A DNA stretch of 64,000 nt, taken from positions 288,001 through 352,000 of the forward strand of contig CAVSHF010000005.1 of NCBI GenBank assembly GCA_963727805.1, written 5' to 3'. This document shows positions 18,521 through 28,995 of this stretch, in pieces. Positions within the stretch are counted from its first letter, which is position 1; the number at the start of each line of letters is the position of its first letter. The stretch comes from an uncultured Nitrospiraceae bacterium. Its GTDB lineage: Bacteria; Nitrospirota; Thermodesulfovibrionia; Thermodesulfovibrionales; Dissulfurispiraceae. The notes below the pieces were generated by a model. That model did no database searches. It saw nothing but the letters and a program-made list of their open reading frames with translations, and was not told the DNA's origin. Made by a program: the position numbers and the translations under genes.

Positions 18521-19801
18521 CTATTTCTTTATACCAACAATATTTTTTAAAAAGTCTGTCATCTTCGTAAATAAATCTTCACTCAATGCTCCCGTCCGGT
18601 CGGCAGCATAGCCAGCACCGTATAGCACCAGACCAATACCAGCGGCATATTCAGGGCTGTTAAATTGTTCCTTCACTCCCGTGACAAAAGGCATTGAACC
18701 CATGGATGGAGTATCATTCTTAGGCGCCAGATCAGGATATCCTATCCTGACGGGCATCGAAAGAAGGTTCTCGGCAAGCCGTACAAAGGAGGGGATGAGC
18801 ACACCTCCCCCGGTAAAGACAGCCCCGGTAACAGCGTCCTGTCCTTCCAGTCGAACTATTTCTTGTTTGATGAGTTCCACCAGAAGTTCCTCTGCACGGA
18901 GAAGCATAATATCAACGATAAGCTTTCTCGATATCTTTTTTACCATGTCATCGTTTCCGTCTAGCCCTATGACATCAATCTCTTCAGCAAGGTCAACGGC
19001 AGCTAAAGTACCGAACTGCTTTTTAACCCGTTCCGCTTCAGAAAAAGAGACTCTCAGGCCGACACTGAGGTCGTTGGTGAAATGGTTGCCTCCTATACCC
19101 AGAACCTTCGTGTGCTGCAGCCATCCGTCCTTGAATAGAGCGATATCGGTCGTCCCCGCGCCGATGTCGATTAACGCAGTGCCCATCTCACGGTCTTCGG
19201 CACTCAGTGTTGCCTCGGCAGAGGCGATCGATTGCAGAACAAGGTCCGCCACCTGAAGGCCAGCTTTTTCACAGCTCACTATAAGACGTTGCAACGGTTC
19301 GGCCGAGGCCGTGATTATATTAACCCGTGCTTCAAGTCTCGAACCGGGTATCCCGAAGGGGTCCTTTATTCCCCTTCCTCCATCAATAATGAAATCAGTC
19401 GGCAGCACATGTATAATTTCCCGCCCCGCAGCAATGGGAGTATTTCCAGCCGCATCAATAACTCTATCGATGTCGTCCTGTGAAACAGCCCTTCCGCTTA
19501 CTGCAACCGAGGCCGTTCCCACGGAGGCCTGGATATGGTTCCCCGATATGCTAACGAGTGCTTCCCTGGTCGAAACGCCCGACTGTTCACGGGCGGCGAC
19601 CATCGCATCCCTTATTGCAGTAGTAGCCGCTTCAACATCAACGACAACACCCTTTCTCAATCCGGCTGAGGGAGAAGACGTGATCGACAGGATATCGATC
19701 CCATCCCCGGTCATTTCCGCAACAACAACGCAGATCTTTGAAGTACCAAGATCAACTCCCGTGATAAAGGGGCCGGCCTTTTTTCTTCTCTTAACCGACA
19801 T
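18521..19801 (-). CDS. ftsA: Cell division protein FtsA
   Basis: DLGTSKI, GLRKGVV, IDIGAGTT, TGGG; lies between ftsQ and ftsZ. Confidence 0.96.
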   Translation of the reverse strand: MSVKRRKKAGPFITGVDLGTSKICVVVAEMTGDGIDILSITSSPSAGLRKGVVVDVEAATTAIRDAMVAAREQSGVSTREALVSISGNHIQASVGTASVAVSGRAVSQDDIDRVIDAAGNTPIAAGREIIHVLPTDFIIDGGRGIKDPFGIPGSRLEARVNIITASAEPLQRLIVSCEKAGLQVADLVLQSIASAEATLSAEDREMGTALIDIGAGTTDIALFKDGWLQHTKVLGIGGNHFTNDLSVGLRVSFSEAERVKKQFGTLAAVDLAEEIDVIGLDGNDDMVKKISRKLIVDIMLLRAEELLVELIKQEIVRLEGQDAVTGAVFTGGGVLIPSFVRLAENLLSMPVRIGYPDLAPKNDTPSMGSMPFVTGVKEQFNSPEYAAGIGLVLYGAGYAADRTGALSEDLFTKMTDFLKNIVGIKK

Positions 19802-20651
19802 GACTTTTTGTCCTCCCTGCCGTCACTTTTTTCACCCCGTTTTTCTTTTTCACATTTTGCGGTTTTAATTTTTTTTGGGCATCGTCTGCCGCCCGCGTGG
19901 TCTTGCGGTCAGCCTTCTTTTGCTCGGACTTCGCCGGCATTACTACGATCTTATCGATAAACCTGAGATCGATATATTCGACTGCCATGTTCCGCTTATT
20001 AAGCTCGTCTCTCACAAAGTTGAGCTTCTCGAGCTTTTTCGTTAAATCGCCAGCGCCGATCCTGACCGGGATATTATCGACCTTCATGGTGATGTCCTCA
20101 AGCCGTGTACCAGAAAGCTCTATATTCCCCCCATGGGCCATCACTTTTCTATCATACAGAATGCCAGCCAGTGCAATGGCCTCATGATATGCTTCCCGAC
20201 ACGACGCTGGATCAATTTTTATCACCGGGAGAAAGTAGACCGGCTCAGCCTTTATTTCTTCAAGCCGCAACCCTTCCCTGTCAATAAGATAAGGTTTGTC
20301 GTCGGACTGCAATACAGCGATTGCAACCGCTTCAGTGATCTGGACAGTGACCTTCCCCGTAAGATCCTTTCGGACCATTGCATCCTTTATCCATGCAGAG
20401 GCCTTTATCCGCCGATATATCTCCCCAGTAGAGACCGCAAAAAGCCTGCTCTTTGGCGAGCATCCGATCATTGACAGAAGTTCCCCGTTCGTCAGGTGCC
20501 GGTTGCCGTAGAAATTGATTTCTCTGATACACAGATAATTATATCCGAGCAGAGCAATACCTGAAAGAGCGATAACGATCACTAATCCGGTAGCGACGAC
20601 TGATACCCGCCTCGTTCTTTCCCTCGCCTTCTTTGTCTTTCTCGTTTCCAT
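19791..20651 (-). CDS. ftsQ: Cell division protein FtsQ/DivIB
   Basis: TM, POTRA-like segment (GNRHL..WIKDA.VRK), YIDLRF; position in dcw cluster. Confidence 0.88.
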   Translation of the reverse strand: METRKTKKARERTRRVSVVATGLVIVIALSGIALLGYNYLCIREINFYGNRHLTNGELLSMIGCSPKSRLFAVSTGEIYRRIKASAWIKDAMVRKDLTGKVTVQITEAVAIAVLQSDDKPYLIDREGLRLEEIKAEPVYFLPVIKIDPASCREAYHEAIALAGILYDRKVMAHGGNIELSGTRLEDITMKVDNIPVRIGAGDLTKKLEKLNFVRDELNKRNMAVEYIDLRFIDKIVVMPAKSEQKKADRKTTRAADDAQKKLKPQNVKKKNGVKKVTAGRTKSHVG

Positions 20652-20675
20652 TGTTAATAATTTCTGTTTTCAGCG

Positions 20676-21596
20676 TTAGCTGCTTACATCAAGGGCCGAC
20701 TTCAAGATATTTTCGATCAAATCCCCGAATTCGAATCCCGCGAGTTTAGCGATCTTCGGCAACAGGCTCGTCTCAGTCATACCCGGTATCGTATTGACCT
20801 CGAGCACATAGTCCTTGCGAGCCTCATCGAGGATGAGATCTACCCTTGTGGCGCCCTTACAACCGATTGCATTATGGGCGCGCAGAGCCGATGCCTTCAG
20901 TCTTTCATATTCGTCGACGCTCACTTCGGGAGGCAGAACATAGCTCGTGAGGCCAGGCGTATATTTCGCCTCATAGTTGTAGAATTCGAGCGAGGGTCTT
21001 ACCTCCACGCCACCCAGTGCCGTTTGACCGAGGATACCAATCTGCACCTCTTTTCCTTTAATATACTGTTCAACGATGATCTTATTCCCATACCTGAAGG
21101 CGTCATTTAGGGCTGCTTCGACTTCATGGTCATTCTTCACGATATGAACACCAATGCTGGACCCTTCTGAAGCAGGCTTGATCACCCAGGGCATTCCGAA
21201 GTCGATTATCCTAATATCACTGGCACGGTCATCCTGATGAATAATCTGGAACCGCGGGATCAGTATCCCGTGATATTGGAATATCTTCTTCGATGCCTCC
21301 TTGTCCATGGCAAGAGCCGATGCAAGAATGCCAGACCCGGTATACGGTATCCCCATCACCTCGAGATATCCCTGAAGAGCACCATTTTCGCCATGCCCTC
21401 CGTGAAGGGCGATGAAGACGACCTGAACTCCCTGCGATCTCATGGATGCATACAAGTCGCCGGCGGTATCAATGAAGACCGCATCATAACCACGGTCCAA
21501 TAGTGCCTTGTACACTGCACCACCGCTTTTAAGCGACACTTCCCTTTCCGCAGAGGTCCCCCCTGCCAATACCCCTATCCTCTTGGTGGTAATCAT
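20676..21596 (-). CDS. ddl: D-alanine--D-alanine ligase
   Basis: GGTSAEREVSL, HGGHGENG, EGSSIG, YEAKY, LEVNTIPGMT. Confidence 0.97.
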   Translation of the reverse strand: MITTKRIGVLAGGTSAEREVSLKSGGAVYKALLDRGYDAVFIDTAGDLYASMRSQGVQVVFIALHGGHGENGALQGYLEVMGIPYTGSGILASALAMDKEASKKIFQYHGILIPRFQIIHQDDRASDIRIIDFGMPWVIKPASEGSSIGVHIVKNDHEVEAALNDAFRYGNKIIVEQYIKGKEVQIGILGQTALGGVEVRPSLEFYNYEAKYTPGLTSYVLPPEVSVDEYERLKASALRAHNAIGCKGATRVDLILDEARKDYVLEVNTIPGMTETSLLPKIAKLAGFEFGDLIENILKSALDVSS

Positions 21597-22960
21597 AAGG
21601 CCTTCAATATCTCCTCACCTATTTTATAAACGTCTCCCGCACCGAGCGTGAGCAGCACGTCACCCGGTCTAAGATCAGCAAGCACCGTTTTGACCATTTC
21701 TTTTCTATCAGATATATGATCTGCGTTCACGGACCCGACGTCGCGCGTTTTCTTCAGAAGCACCTCCGAAGTGATACCCTCTATCGGTGCTTCACTGGCA
21801 GCGTAAATATCCAGAAGATAGAGCCTGTCGGCAGCACCGAAGCTGAGCGCGAAATCGTCCATGAGATCACGAGTTCGCGAAAATCGATGGGGTTGGAAGA
21901 TAACGACAATGCGACTGTCGCTGAAGCACTCTCGGGCGGCCTTGAGCACGGCTCGTATTTCGACGGGATGGTGCCCGTAATCATCAAACACCCTGATCTC
22001 TCTAGCCTCTCCCCTCAACTCGAATCTGCGCTGTATACCGCTGAAGCTGCGGAGGCCCATACTTATCTTCTCCAGCGGCACCTGCAATTCCATCGCCGTC
22101 AGGATTGCTGCAAGGCTGTTGAGCACATTATGAACGCCAGGCACCGGAACTGTGAAAATGCCGAGGGAATCGCCTTTGAATACAGCCTCGAAGACATTCT
22201 TCGTTCCCTCGTATCGGATATTCTTTGCATACATATCGGAGTCATGGGACAGACCGTAGGTAAGCACCCGCCTTTTAATCTGCGGAATAATCGTCCGCGT
22301 ATGCTCATTTTCCTTACAGACGATCGCCACGCCGTAAAACGGCACTTTGTTGATGAAGGAGAGGAATGCACTCCTGAGGGTTTCAATGTCCTTGAAATAA
22401 TCCATGTGCTCCCTGTCGATATTGGTGATAACGGCTATGGTTGGACTGAGCTTCAGGAATGAGCCGTCGCTCTCATCTGCCTCGGCAACGAGAAATTCAC
22501 CCTTCCCAAGGTGTGCGTTGCTGCCGATCGCCTTGAGTTGGCCGCCGATGACCACCGTCGGATCGAGCCCTCCTTCGCCGAGCAATGTTGCTATGAGGGA
22601 GGTTGTCGTCGTCTTGCCGTGGGCGCCCGCGACCAGGATCCCGTACTTCAGCCTCCCGAGTTCTGCAAGCATTTCTGCCCGGGGAATAACGGGCACTGCG
22701 CGGTCCTTTGCTGCCACCACCTCCGGGTTTGTCGGAGAAACGGCGGACGAGATAACCACGACGTGGGCATTGTCGATATTCTTTTCGTCATGCCCGATAA
22801 ATATCTTGATGCCAAGCTTCCTGAGCCTGATCGTCGTATCAGATTCGCGTATATCGGAACCGGTCACATCGTACCCAAGATTGTGCAGCACCTCGGCGAT
22901 TCCGCTCATCCCGATGCCACCTATTCCTACAAAATGAATTATCCTATATTGATTGAACAT
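21593..22960 (-). CDS. murC: UDP-N-acetylmuramate--L-alanine ligase
   Basis: HFVGIGGIGMSG, GAHGKTTTT, EADESDGSF, DDYGHHP, FQPHR. Confidence 0.97.
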   Translation of the reverse strand: MFNQYRIIHFVGIGGIGMSGIAEVLHNLGYDVTGSDIRESDTTIRLRKLGIKIFIGHDEKNIDNAHVVVISSAVSPTNPEVVAAKDRAVPVIPRAEMLAELGRLKYGILVAGAHGKTTTTSLIATLLGEGGLDPTVVIGGQLKAIGSNAHLGKGEFLVAEADESDGSFLKLSPTIAVITNIDREHMDYFKDIETLRSAFLSFINKVPFYGVAIVCKENEHTRTIIPQIKRRVLTYGLSHDSDMYAKNIRYEGTKNVFEAVFKGDSLGIFTVPVPGVHNVLNSLAAILTAMELQVPLEKISMGLRSFSGIQRRFELRGEAREIRVFDDYGHHPVEIRAVLKAARECFSDSRIVVIFQPHRFSRTRDLMDDFALSFGAADRLYLLDIYAASEAPIEGITSEVLLKKTRDVGSVNADHISDRKEMVKTVLADLRPGDVLLTLGAGDVYKIGEEILKAL

Positions 22961-22963
22961 GTC

Positions 22964-24061
22964 CTATCCCTTTCTCGTAAGACTCATCGAAAGATCAACA
23001 ATCTTCTCCGCGGCATCGGTCCTTCCAAAGGCCTTCGATGCCTTCTGCATTTCCCTTCTCTTGTCAGGGTTGTTGTAAAGTTCTCTTATCGCCTTTGCCA
23101 TCACCTCACCGGTCAGGTGCCTGTCGAGTATTACCTTTGCGGCGCCCATGTCTTCGAGTTTCCTCGCATTGAACTCCTGATGGTTGGATGCAGCATGCGG
23201 ATAAGGAACTAGAATGGCGGCCTTTCCTATAGCGGTGATCTCTGAGAGAGTCGTTGCGCCGGCCCTACAAATAATGAGGTCAGCCACTGAATAGGCATCG
23301 GACATCTGATATATGAAAGGGAATCCCGTGCCGTGGAATCCGAGCTTTTTATATGATTCCGATACGTTCTTGAGGTCCTTCTCCCCTGTTTGATGAACAA
23401 ACTGAATATTTTGTCTCATATCGAGGAGGTAGTGCAATGCCTCGGTCATCGCATTGTTGACCGTCCGCGCACCTAAGCTCCCTCCAAAGATGAGAACACT
23501 GAATTTATCTTTTTCGAGACCAAACGCCATATGTGGATCAGCTGCTTCTTTCAAAAGTATCTTTTTTCTCACCGGATTACCGGTCAGGAAGGTCTTTTCC
23601 CTTGGGAAGAATGAGATACTCTCCTGATAGGTAACCGCTATGGCATCCGCAAAACTGCCAAGGAACCGGTTTGCGAATCCAGGGACCGAGTTCTGTTCCA
23701 TTATCATGGTTTTTATGCCCCTGAGGCGAGCAGCCACGACCATGCCAACGGAAGCGTATCCACCAACACCGATGACAATATCCGGGCGTACCGATGCGAT
23801 GATCCTAAGCGATTGACAAATGGATACAAGAAACAAGTATGCAGCCACTATCTTCCTGAGAAAGTCCTTGCCGACCAGCCCTTCGGCGCTCAAGAACTCG
23901 ATAGGATATCCTTCCCTCGGGATAACCCTTGCCTCAATACCGTGCTCAGTGCCCACAAAAACGACCCTAGTTGAGGGTGCCCTTTTTATAAATTCTTCAG
24001 CGACGGCGATTCCGGGGAAAAGATGCCCGCCAGTTCCTCCGCCCGCAATAATGACTCTCAT
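22964..24061 (-). CDS. murG: Lipid II GlcNAc transferase MurG
   Basis: GGGTGGH, GGY, EQN, GNPVR, GGSLGA, RAGATT. Confidence 0.97.
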   Translation of the reverse strand: MRVIIAGGGTGGHLFPGIAVAEEFIKRAPSTRVVFVGTEHGIEARVIPREGYPIEFLSAEGLVGKDFLRKIVAAYLFLVSICQSLRIIASVRPDIVIGVGGYASVGMVVAARLRGIKTMIMEQNSVPGFANRFLGSFADAIAVTYQESISFFPREKTFLTGNPVRKKILLKEAADPHMAFGLEKDKFSVLIFGGSLGARTVNNAMTEALHYLLDMRQNIQFVHQTGEKDLKNVSESYKKLGFHGTGFPFIYQMSDAYSVADLIICRAGATTLSEITAIGKAAILVPYPHAASNHQEFNARKLEDMGAAKVILDRHLTGEVMAKAIRELYNNPDKRREMQKASKAFGRTDAAEKIVDLSMSLTRKG

Positions 24062-25329
24062 GGTTTCTTCCCGTTCTGTCTAAAATAACGTGCCTTCGTG
24101 CGGTACTGGCCGTATCCCCTTCCCATAGCATACTGGTCTGCCTTCGGCGTCTCACCCGCAGATAACGCTTCGTCTTCAGGCGGTCTACTCCTGACATGGT
24201 ATATTTCATGTCCCTGCTTTGCTGCCTCCCTGAAACGGGAGACATTGAGCAGCAGGCCGGCGGCAACCATACTGACCACAAGTGAGGAACCGCCGTAACT
24301 GATGAAAGGAAGTGGTAGTCCCTTTGTGGGAACGAGTCCTGTGACGACAGCAAAATTGAAAACTGACTGAATGGCGATCATGAGAGATATGCCAGAAGCG
24401 AGATAATAGGCAAAAGGCTCCTCAACCTTTCTCGCTATCATAAAGCCCCTGATGAATAAACAAAAGAAAAGAGTCACTACAACAGCGGCGCCGATAAACC
24501 CAAGCTCCTCGCCGATGAGAGAAAAGATGAAATCAGTATGGACCTCAGGTAGAAAGGACAGTTTCTGTTTGCTCTCCCCAAGACCGACTCCCTGCAGGCC
24601 TCCGCTTCCAAATGCAATAAAGGATTGGGTCAACTGGAAACCGGAACCCTGCGGGTCTTTCCATGGATCGAGAAAGGCGACGACCCTTTTCCACCGGTAC
24701 GGTTCAGAAATGAGCTTGATTAAAACCGGGATTGCGACAAGTCCGAGTGAGAAGAGATACCTGAGCCTGATGCCCGAAAGAAAGAGCATCGCTACGGTAA
24801 GAACAGCAAGGCTCATTGTAGCACCGAAATCTGGCTGCTTCAAAAAGACTACCTGGAATGCAGCCATTACCAATAGGGGGATCAAAAATGAAAGGAATCT
24901 CTCTTTGTTGTAAGAAGCACGGCTCATGTACCAAGCCAGAAAAATTACCATCGAAAGTTTCACTAGTTCGGAAGGCTGAAAGCTCGAAGGCCAAAGCCTG
25001 AGCCATCTGCGTGCCCCTCCCGCACTGATGCCGAGGCTTGTGAAGACGAGGAGCAGAAAGATAAATGAGATTGCCAGAAGTGGGATAACCATTTTTTTCA
25101 GATAGTGCAAGGGAACCTTAGATGCCATAAACAGAGCGACAATTCCTATCAGTACGGTAACGAACTGTTTTTTAAGGTAGCTGAACTGATCGATAGAGCT
25201 GCTCAGCGCCTTACCCTTCTGTTGGAGGGAAGGTGAGATGACCGACGTCGAGCTGTAAACAGCGGTAAGCCCGATGAGTATCAGCAGTACAATAAGGACA
25301 ACGATAATCTTGTCAAAGCGCTGGGTCAT
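24058..25329 (-). CDS. ftsW: SEDS peptidoglycan polymerase FtsW
   Basis: GARRW, FQPSELVK, QPDFG, PEVHTDFIF, PFISYGGSS. Confidence 0.96.
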   Translation of the reverse strand: MTQRFDKIIVVLIVLLILIGLTAVYSSTSVISPSLQQKGKALSSSIDQFSYLKKQFVTVLIGIVALFMASKVPLHYLKKMVIPLLAISFIFLLLVFTSLGISAGGARRWLRLWPSSFQPSELVKLSMVIFLAWYMSRASYNKERFLSFLIPLLVMAAFQVVFLKQPDFGATMSLAVLTVAMLFLSGIRLRYLFSLGLVAIPVLIKLISEPYRWKRVVAFLDPWKDPQGSGFQLTQSFIAFGSGGLQGVGLGESKQKLSFLPEVHTDFIFSLIGEELGFIGAAVVVTLFFCLFIRGFMIARKVEEPFAYYLASGISLMIAIQSVFNFAVVTGLVPTKGLPLPFISYGGSSLVVSMVAAGLLLNVSRFREAAKQGHEIYHVRSRPPEDEALSAGETPKADQYAMGRGYGQYRTKARYFRQNGKKP

Positions 25330-26777
25330 AGCTCCATCACCATCCTCTTGAACTGTCTCCCCCTGTCCTCATAATCCATGAACATGTCAAAGCTTGCGCA
25401 GGCCGGAGATAGGAGCACTACGTCTCCAGGTGCGGCAGCATCCTTGGCCTTTGAAACGGCTTCCTTGAAATCATGGCCTGCCATGATACACTCGGTTACG
25501 TCGCAGAGCGCTTGGCCGATCTTATTCGATGCCTCACCCACGAGGACAAGCCGCTTTACTCTCGCCTTAATAAGAGGCCTCATCAGAGAGAAATCGCTGT
25601 CCTTGTCCCGTCCTCCTGCTATCAGTATCACCGGATCTGTAAACCCCTCCAGAGATTTTAGCACTGCACCGACATTCGTCCCTTTTGAGTCATTGATGTA
25701 CCTGACACCGTCAAGCTCGCGTACAAACTCAAGACGGTGCTCGAGACCGGGAAATGTCACAAGCGCATTCTTTATGCCCTCGATGCTACAACTGGCAAGA
25801 TAGGCCATAAGCGCCGCGACCATGGCATTTTCGACATTATGTACGCCCTTGATCCTGAATGATCCTGGATCAATAGTCGTTGATGCAGCTGGCTGCACAA
25901 GCCCGCTCTCAAGCCTTCGAAGTTTTTCGCCTGAGAGGTTAAAGCGAATCAATCCGTTTTCATAATAGATGCCGTCCACCTCGCCCTTTCTGCTGAAATA
26001 GAAGATAGTTGGTCTTTGTTTTTGAAATCCGATAATCTCTAGCACGTCAGGCGTAGATGGATCGTCAGCATTTAGGACCAGGAAGTCCGATGTATCCTGA
26101 TTGAACGATATCCTACACTTAGCCTTCACATACGCATCCATCTTATGATAACGATCAAGGTGGTCCGGTGTGACATTCAGAATGGTCGCGCCCTTGGGCC
26201 TGAAGCTCTCTACGGTTTCCAGCTGAAAACTCGACAATTCGGCAACGATATAACGTGCAGCCGTCTCTTTCCTGAGCTTCATGGCATCGAGTAATTCAGC
26301 CGCAAGAGAATTTCCGATGTTGCCGCCGAGGATTGTTTCTATCCCAGCGATCCTGAGCATTTCGTTGAGGAGTGCCGTCGTCGTAGATTTTCCGTTTGTT
26401 CCGGTAACAGCAAGAAATTCAGGACTTGCATTGATTGAGTTAACAGCCCCTGAATGGAGCGACTGAAAAGCCAGTTCGAGTTCGCCGATGATTTTGATTC
26501 CTTTGCGACGCGCAACGACCAAGGGTCCGATATCGGAAGGAACGCCGGGGCTTATAACGATTAGGTCTGCGTATTCAAATAGTTCAAGAGGATGATTTCC
26601 GAGGGCCAGTGAAACCCTGGGATCAAGAGCCTTTATGAATTTCTCGAGGAGTTGCGGGCCCTTGGTGTCGGTAACTGTAACCTTTGCCCCCAAAAAGGCG
26701 AGAAGGTTCGCCGCACCGACGCCGCTCCTCGCAAGACCCACTACGATGATTTTCTTTTCATAAAAAGCCGTCCCCAT
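25326..26777 (-). CDS. murD: UDP-MurNAc-L-Ala--D-glutamate ligase
   Basis: GTNGKSTT, ELSSFQLE, DHLDRY, NDSKGTN, SPACASFD. Confidence 0.97.
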   Translation of the reverse strand: MGTAFYEKKIIVVGLARSGVGAANLLAFLGAKVTVTDTKGPQLLEKFIKALDPRVSLALGNHPLELFEYADLIVISPGVPSDIGPLVVARRKGIKIIGELELAFQSLHSGAVNSINASPEFLAVTGTNGKSTTTALLNEMLRIAGIETILGGNIGNSLAAELLDAMKLRKETAARYIVAELSSFQLETVESFRPKGATILNVTPDHLDRYHKMDAYVKAKCRISFNQDTSDFLVLNADDPSTPDVLEIIGFQKQRPTIFYFSRKGEVDGIYYENGLIRFNLSGEKLRRLESGLVQPAASTTIDPGSFRIKGVHNVENAMVAALMAYLASCSIEGIKNALVTFPGLEHRLEFVRELDGVRYINDSKGTNVGAVLKSLEGFTDPVILIAGGRDKDSDFSLMRPLIKARVKRLVLVGEASNKIGQALCDVTECIMAGHDFKEAVSKAKDAAAPGDVVLLSPACASFDMFMDYEDRGRQFKRMVMEL

Positions 26778-26816
26778 TATTGATGGAAATATCTATCTCC
26801 CCTGACTTAATTTTAT

Positions 26817-27911
26817 TTAAGAAATCCCTTTAGCAGCATACCCGTTTTTAGCGCTTACCCCGTTGCTTTTTTTCTTCTTCATTTTCTTTTTAGATGGTTC
26901 GCTTTTCTTTTTCTTTGCTTTCCCATGCTTCGTGTCTTTTTTAGCGGATTTCGACTTTGCTACCTTTGCCACTTTCTGCTTCTTTTTCACGTTCTGGGAA
27001 GCGTAGACGACAGGAGTTTGAGAGAATGAAGTGTAATAGATCTCAGGCTCTCTCTTTTTACTTAGGACATCTTCTCCCAGCGCCAGAAGCGTGGAAGCGT
27101 CATGCCAAAGCTCACTTCGCACCGATTCTCCGAGCACAGCAGCGATTAGTACATTATCGCCTTTCTGCCCAGCGCAAACGAAGCAATGTTTCGCCGCTCT
27201 CGTATAGCCCGTCTTCCCTCCAACCACATCTTCATCGGACCAGAGGAGATGGTTCGTGTTCTTAACTGAGATTTTCCTTCCGCCCTCGGTATAGACCTGC
27301 TGGGCGCGTGTATTTATAATCTCCTTTATCATCGGATAACGGAGAGATTCCTTCATGATAAGGGAAAGATCGTATGCGGTGATATACTGCCCATCGCCGG
27401 GTAATCCGGATGCATTGACATAGCGCGTGTTTTCAGCGCCAATGCTGAGGGCCTTCTCGTTCATGAGTTTCGCAAAAGCCTCTTCGGATCCTGAAACGGA
27501 CTCTGCGAGTGCAACAGCAGCCGAATTGACCGATCTTATCAGGGCGATATTCAGGAGGTCCTTGATTTTCAGCTTCTCACCGGTCCTCAGATGCGGAGAA
27601 ACTGAAGGGGTTCTTGCCGCCTCTTCGCTGATCGTAACGACGCTCTCAGGATCCATCCTGTCGAGAACCACCATGGCGGTGACGAGTTTCGTCGTACTTG
27701 CGGGGAAGAGTTTTACATTCGGGTTTTTAGCGTAGAGAATATTTCCGCTCGCACCCTCGATAACAACGGCAGCCCGTGCACTAACATCATCGGCATACGA
27801 AGTAAGAAGCGAGAAGTGAAAAACGAGAAGTAAAAATAGAGCGGCAATTACTATTTTACGTATATTCACGTTGAACATCGAGCTTTGGACATTTCTTTTA
27901 ATCATAGCCAT
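26817..27911 (-). CDS. D-alanyl-D-alanine carboxypeptidase (peptidase S11) with Lys-rich C-terminal tail
   Basis: SxxK (ASTTK), SxN (SVN), KTG; N-terminal signal peptide; ATG at 27911 overlaps the mraY stop (TAATG). Confidence 0.9.
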   Translation of the reverse strand: MAMIKRNVQSSMFNVNIRKIVIAALFLLLVFHFSLLTSYADDVSARAAVVIEGASGNILYAKNPNVKLFPASTTKLVTAMVVLDRMDPESVVTISEEAARTPSVSPHLRTGEKLKIKDLLNIALIRSVNSAAVALAESVSGSEEAFAKLMNEKALSIGAENTRYVNASGLPGDGQYITAYDLSLIMKESLRYPMIKEIINTRAQQVYTEGGRKISVKNTNHLLWSDEDVVGGKTGYTRAAKHCFVCAGQKGDNVLIAAVLGESVRSELWHDASTLLALGEDVLSKKREPEIYYTSFSQTPVVYASQNVKKKQKVAKVAKSKSAKKDTKHGKAKKKKSEPSKKKMKKKKSNGVSAKNGYAAKGIS

Positions 27912-28993
27912 TACCTCAATTTTAATGTTGCGAGACTGAAAAGTGCAAGGATTATCCCGGCGATCCAGAATCTCACGATCACTTTCGGCTCGGACCAACC
28001 CTTCAGTTCGAAATGGTGATGAATCGGTGCCATCCTGAAAATCCGGTTGCCGGTCAGCTTGAAAGAAGCTACTTGGAGCAGTACCGAGATCGTCTCGATA
28101 ACAAAAATACCGCCCACGACAGCCAGCACAAGTTCATGTTTGGTCACAACTGCAAGTGTACCGAGCGAACCACCAAGGCTCAGAGACCCGACGTCACCCA
28201 TAAAGACCTCGGCTGGATAGGAGTTATACCACAGGAAACCCAGTGAAGCCCCGAGCAGCGCACCGCAGAAAACGGTCAATTCTCCAGTCCCAGGAAGGTA
28301 GAACACCTGAAGATAGCGTGCGAATTGGACATTTCCCGAAATATAGACGAGGGCGCCATTGGCAAGTGCGGCAATGGCCACAAGGCCTATGGCAAGTCCG
28401 TCGATACCGTCGGTAAGATTTACTGCATTTGACGAGCCGACGATGACAAATATGGAAAAAGGGATATAGAATATGCCGAGGTCGAAGAGCCATCTCTTGA
28501 AGAAAGGTATGCTCAGCACCGACGCATACTGGTCCTTCGGGTTGATATACAGGAATACGCCGATGACAAGGGCAAGGGCAAGCTGGGCTCCGAACTTGTA
28601 AAGCGCCCTCAACCCTTTCGGATTCTTCTTGACAGCCTTGAGATAGTCGTCGATGAATCCTATAGCACCGAACCCAAGCAGAGAGACAACGACAACCCAC
28701 ACATAGACGTTTCTGAAATTTCCCCAAAGGGTCATTGCGCTCATTACAGCAGCGATTATGATAATGCCTCCCATAGTGGGGGTTCCCGCTTTGGAAAGGT
28801 GGGTCTTCGGCCCGTCGTCCCTGATCTGCTGCGTCATGCTAATCTTCTTCAGCCACTTGATTACATGAGGCGCTATAACGAGCGAGATAACCAATGCGGT
28901 CATGGCCGCCAGAGATGTCCTGAAGGTTATATATCTAAAAACGTTAAATGGAGAAAAATATGGAGAAAGACTGTAAAGTAATTCGTAAAGCAC
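27911..28993 (-). CDS. mraY: Phospho-MurNAc-pentapeptide transferase
   Basis: KAGTPTMGG, NAVNLTDGIDGL, FMGDVGS, MAPIHHHFE. Confidence 0.98.
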   Translation of the reverse strand: MLYELLYSLSPYFSPFNVFRYITFRTSLAAMTALVISLVIAPHVIKWLKKISMTQQIRDDGPKTHLSKAGTPTMGGIIIIAAVMSAMTLWGNFRNVYVWVVVVSLLGFGAIGFIDDYLKAVKKNPKGLRALYKFGAQLALALVIGVFLYINPKDQYASVLSIPFFKRWLFDLGIFYIPFSIFVIVGSSNAVNLTDGIDGLAIGLVAIAALANGALVYISGNVQFARYLQVFYLPGTGELTVFCGALLGASLGFLWYNSYPAEVFMGDVGSLSLGGSLGTLAVVTKHELVLAVVGGIFVIETISVLLQVASFKLTGNRIFRMAPIHHHFELKGWSEPKVIVRFWIAGIILALFSLATLKLR

Positions 28994-28995
28994 GG

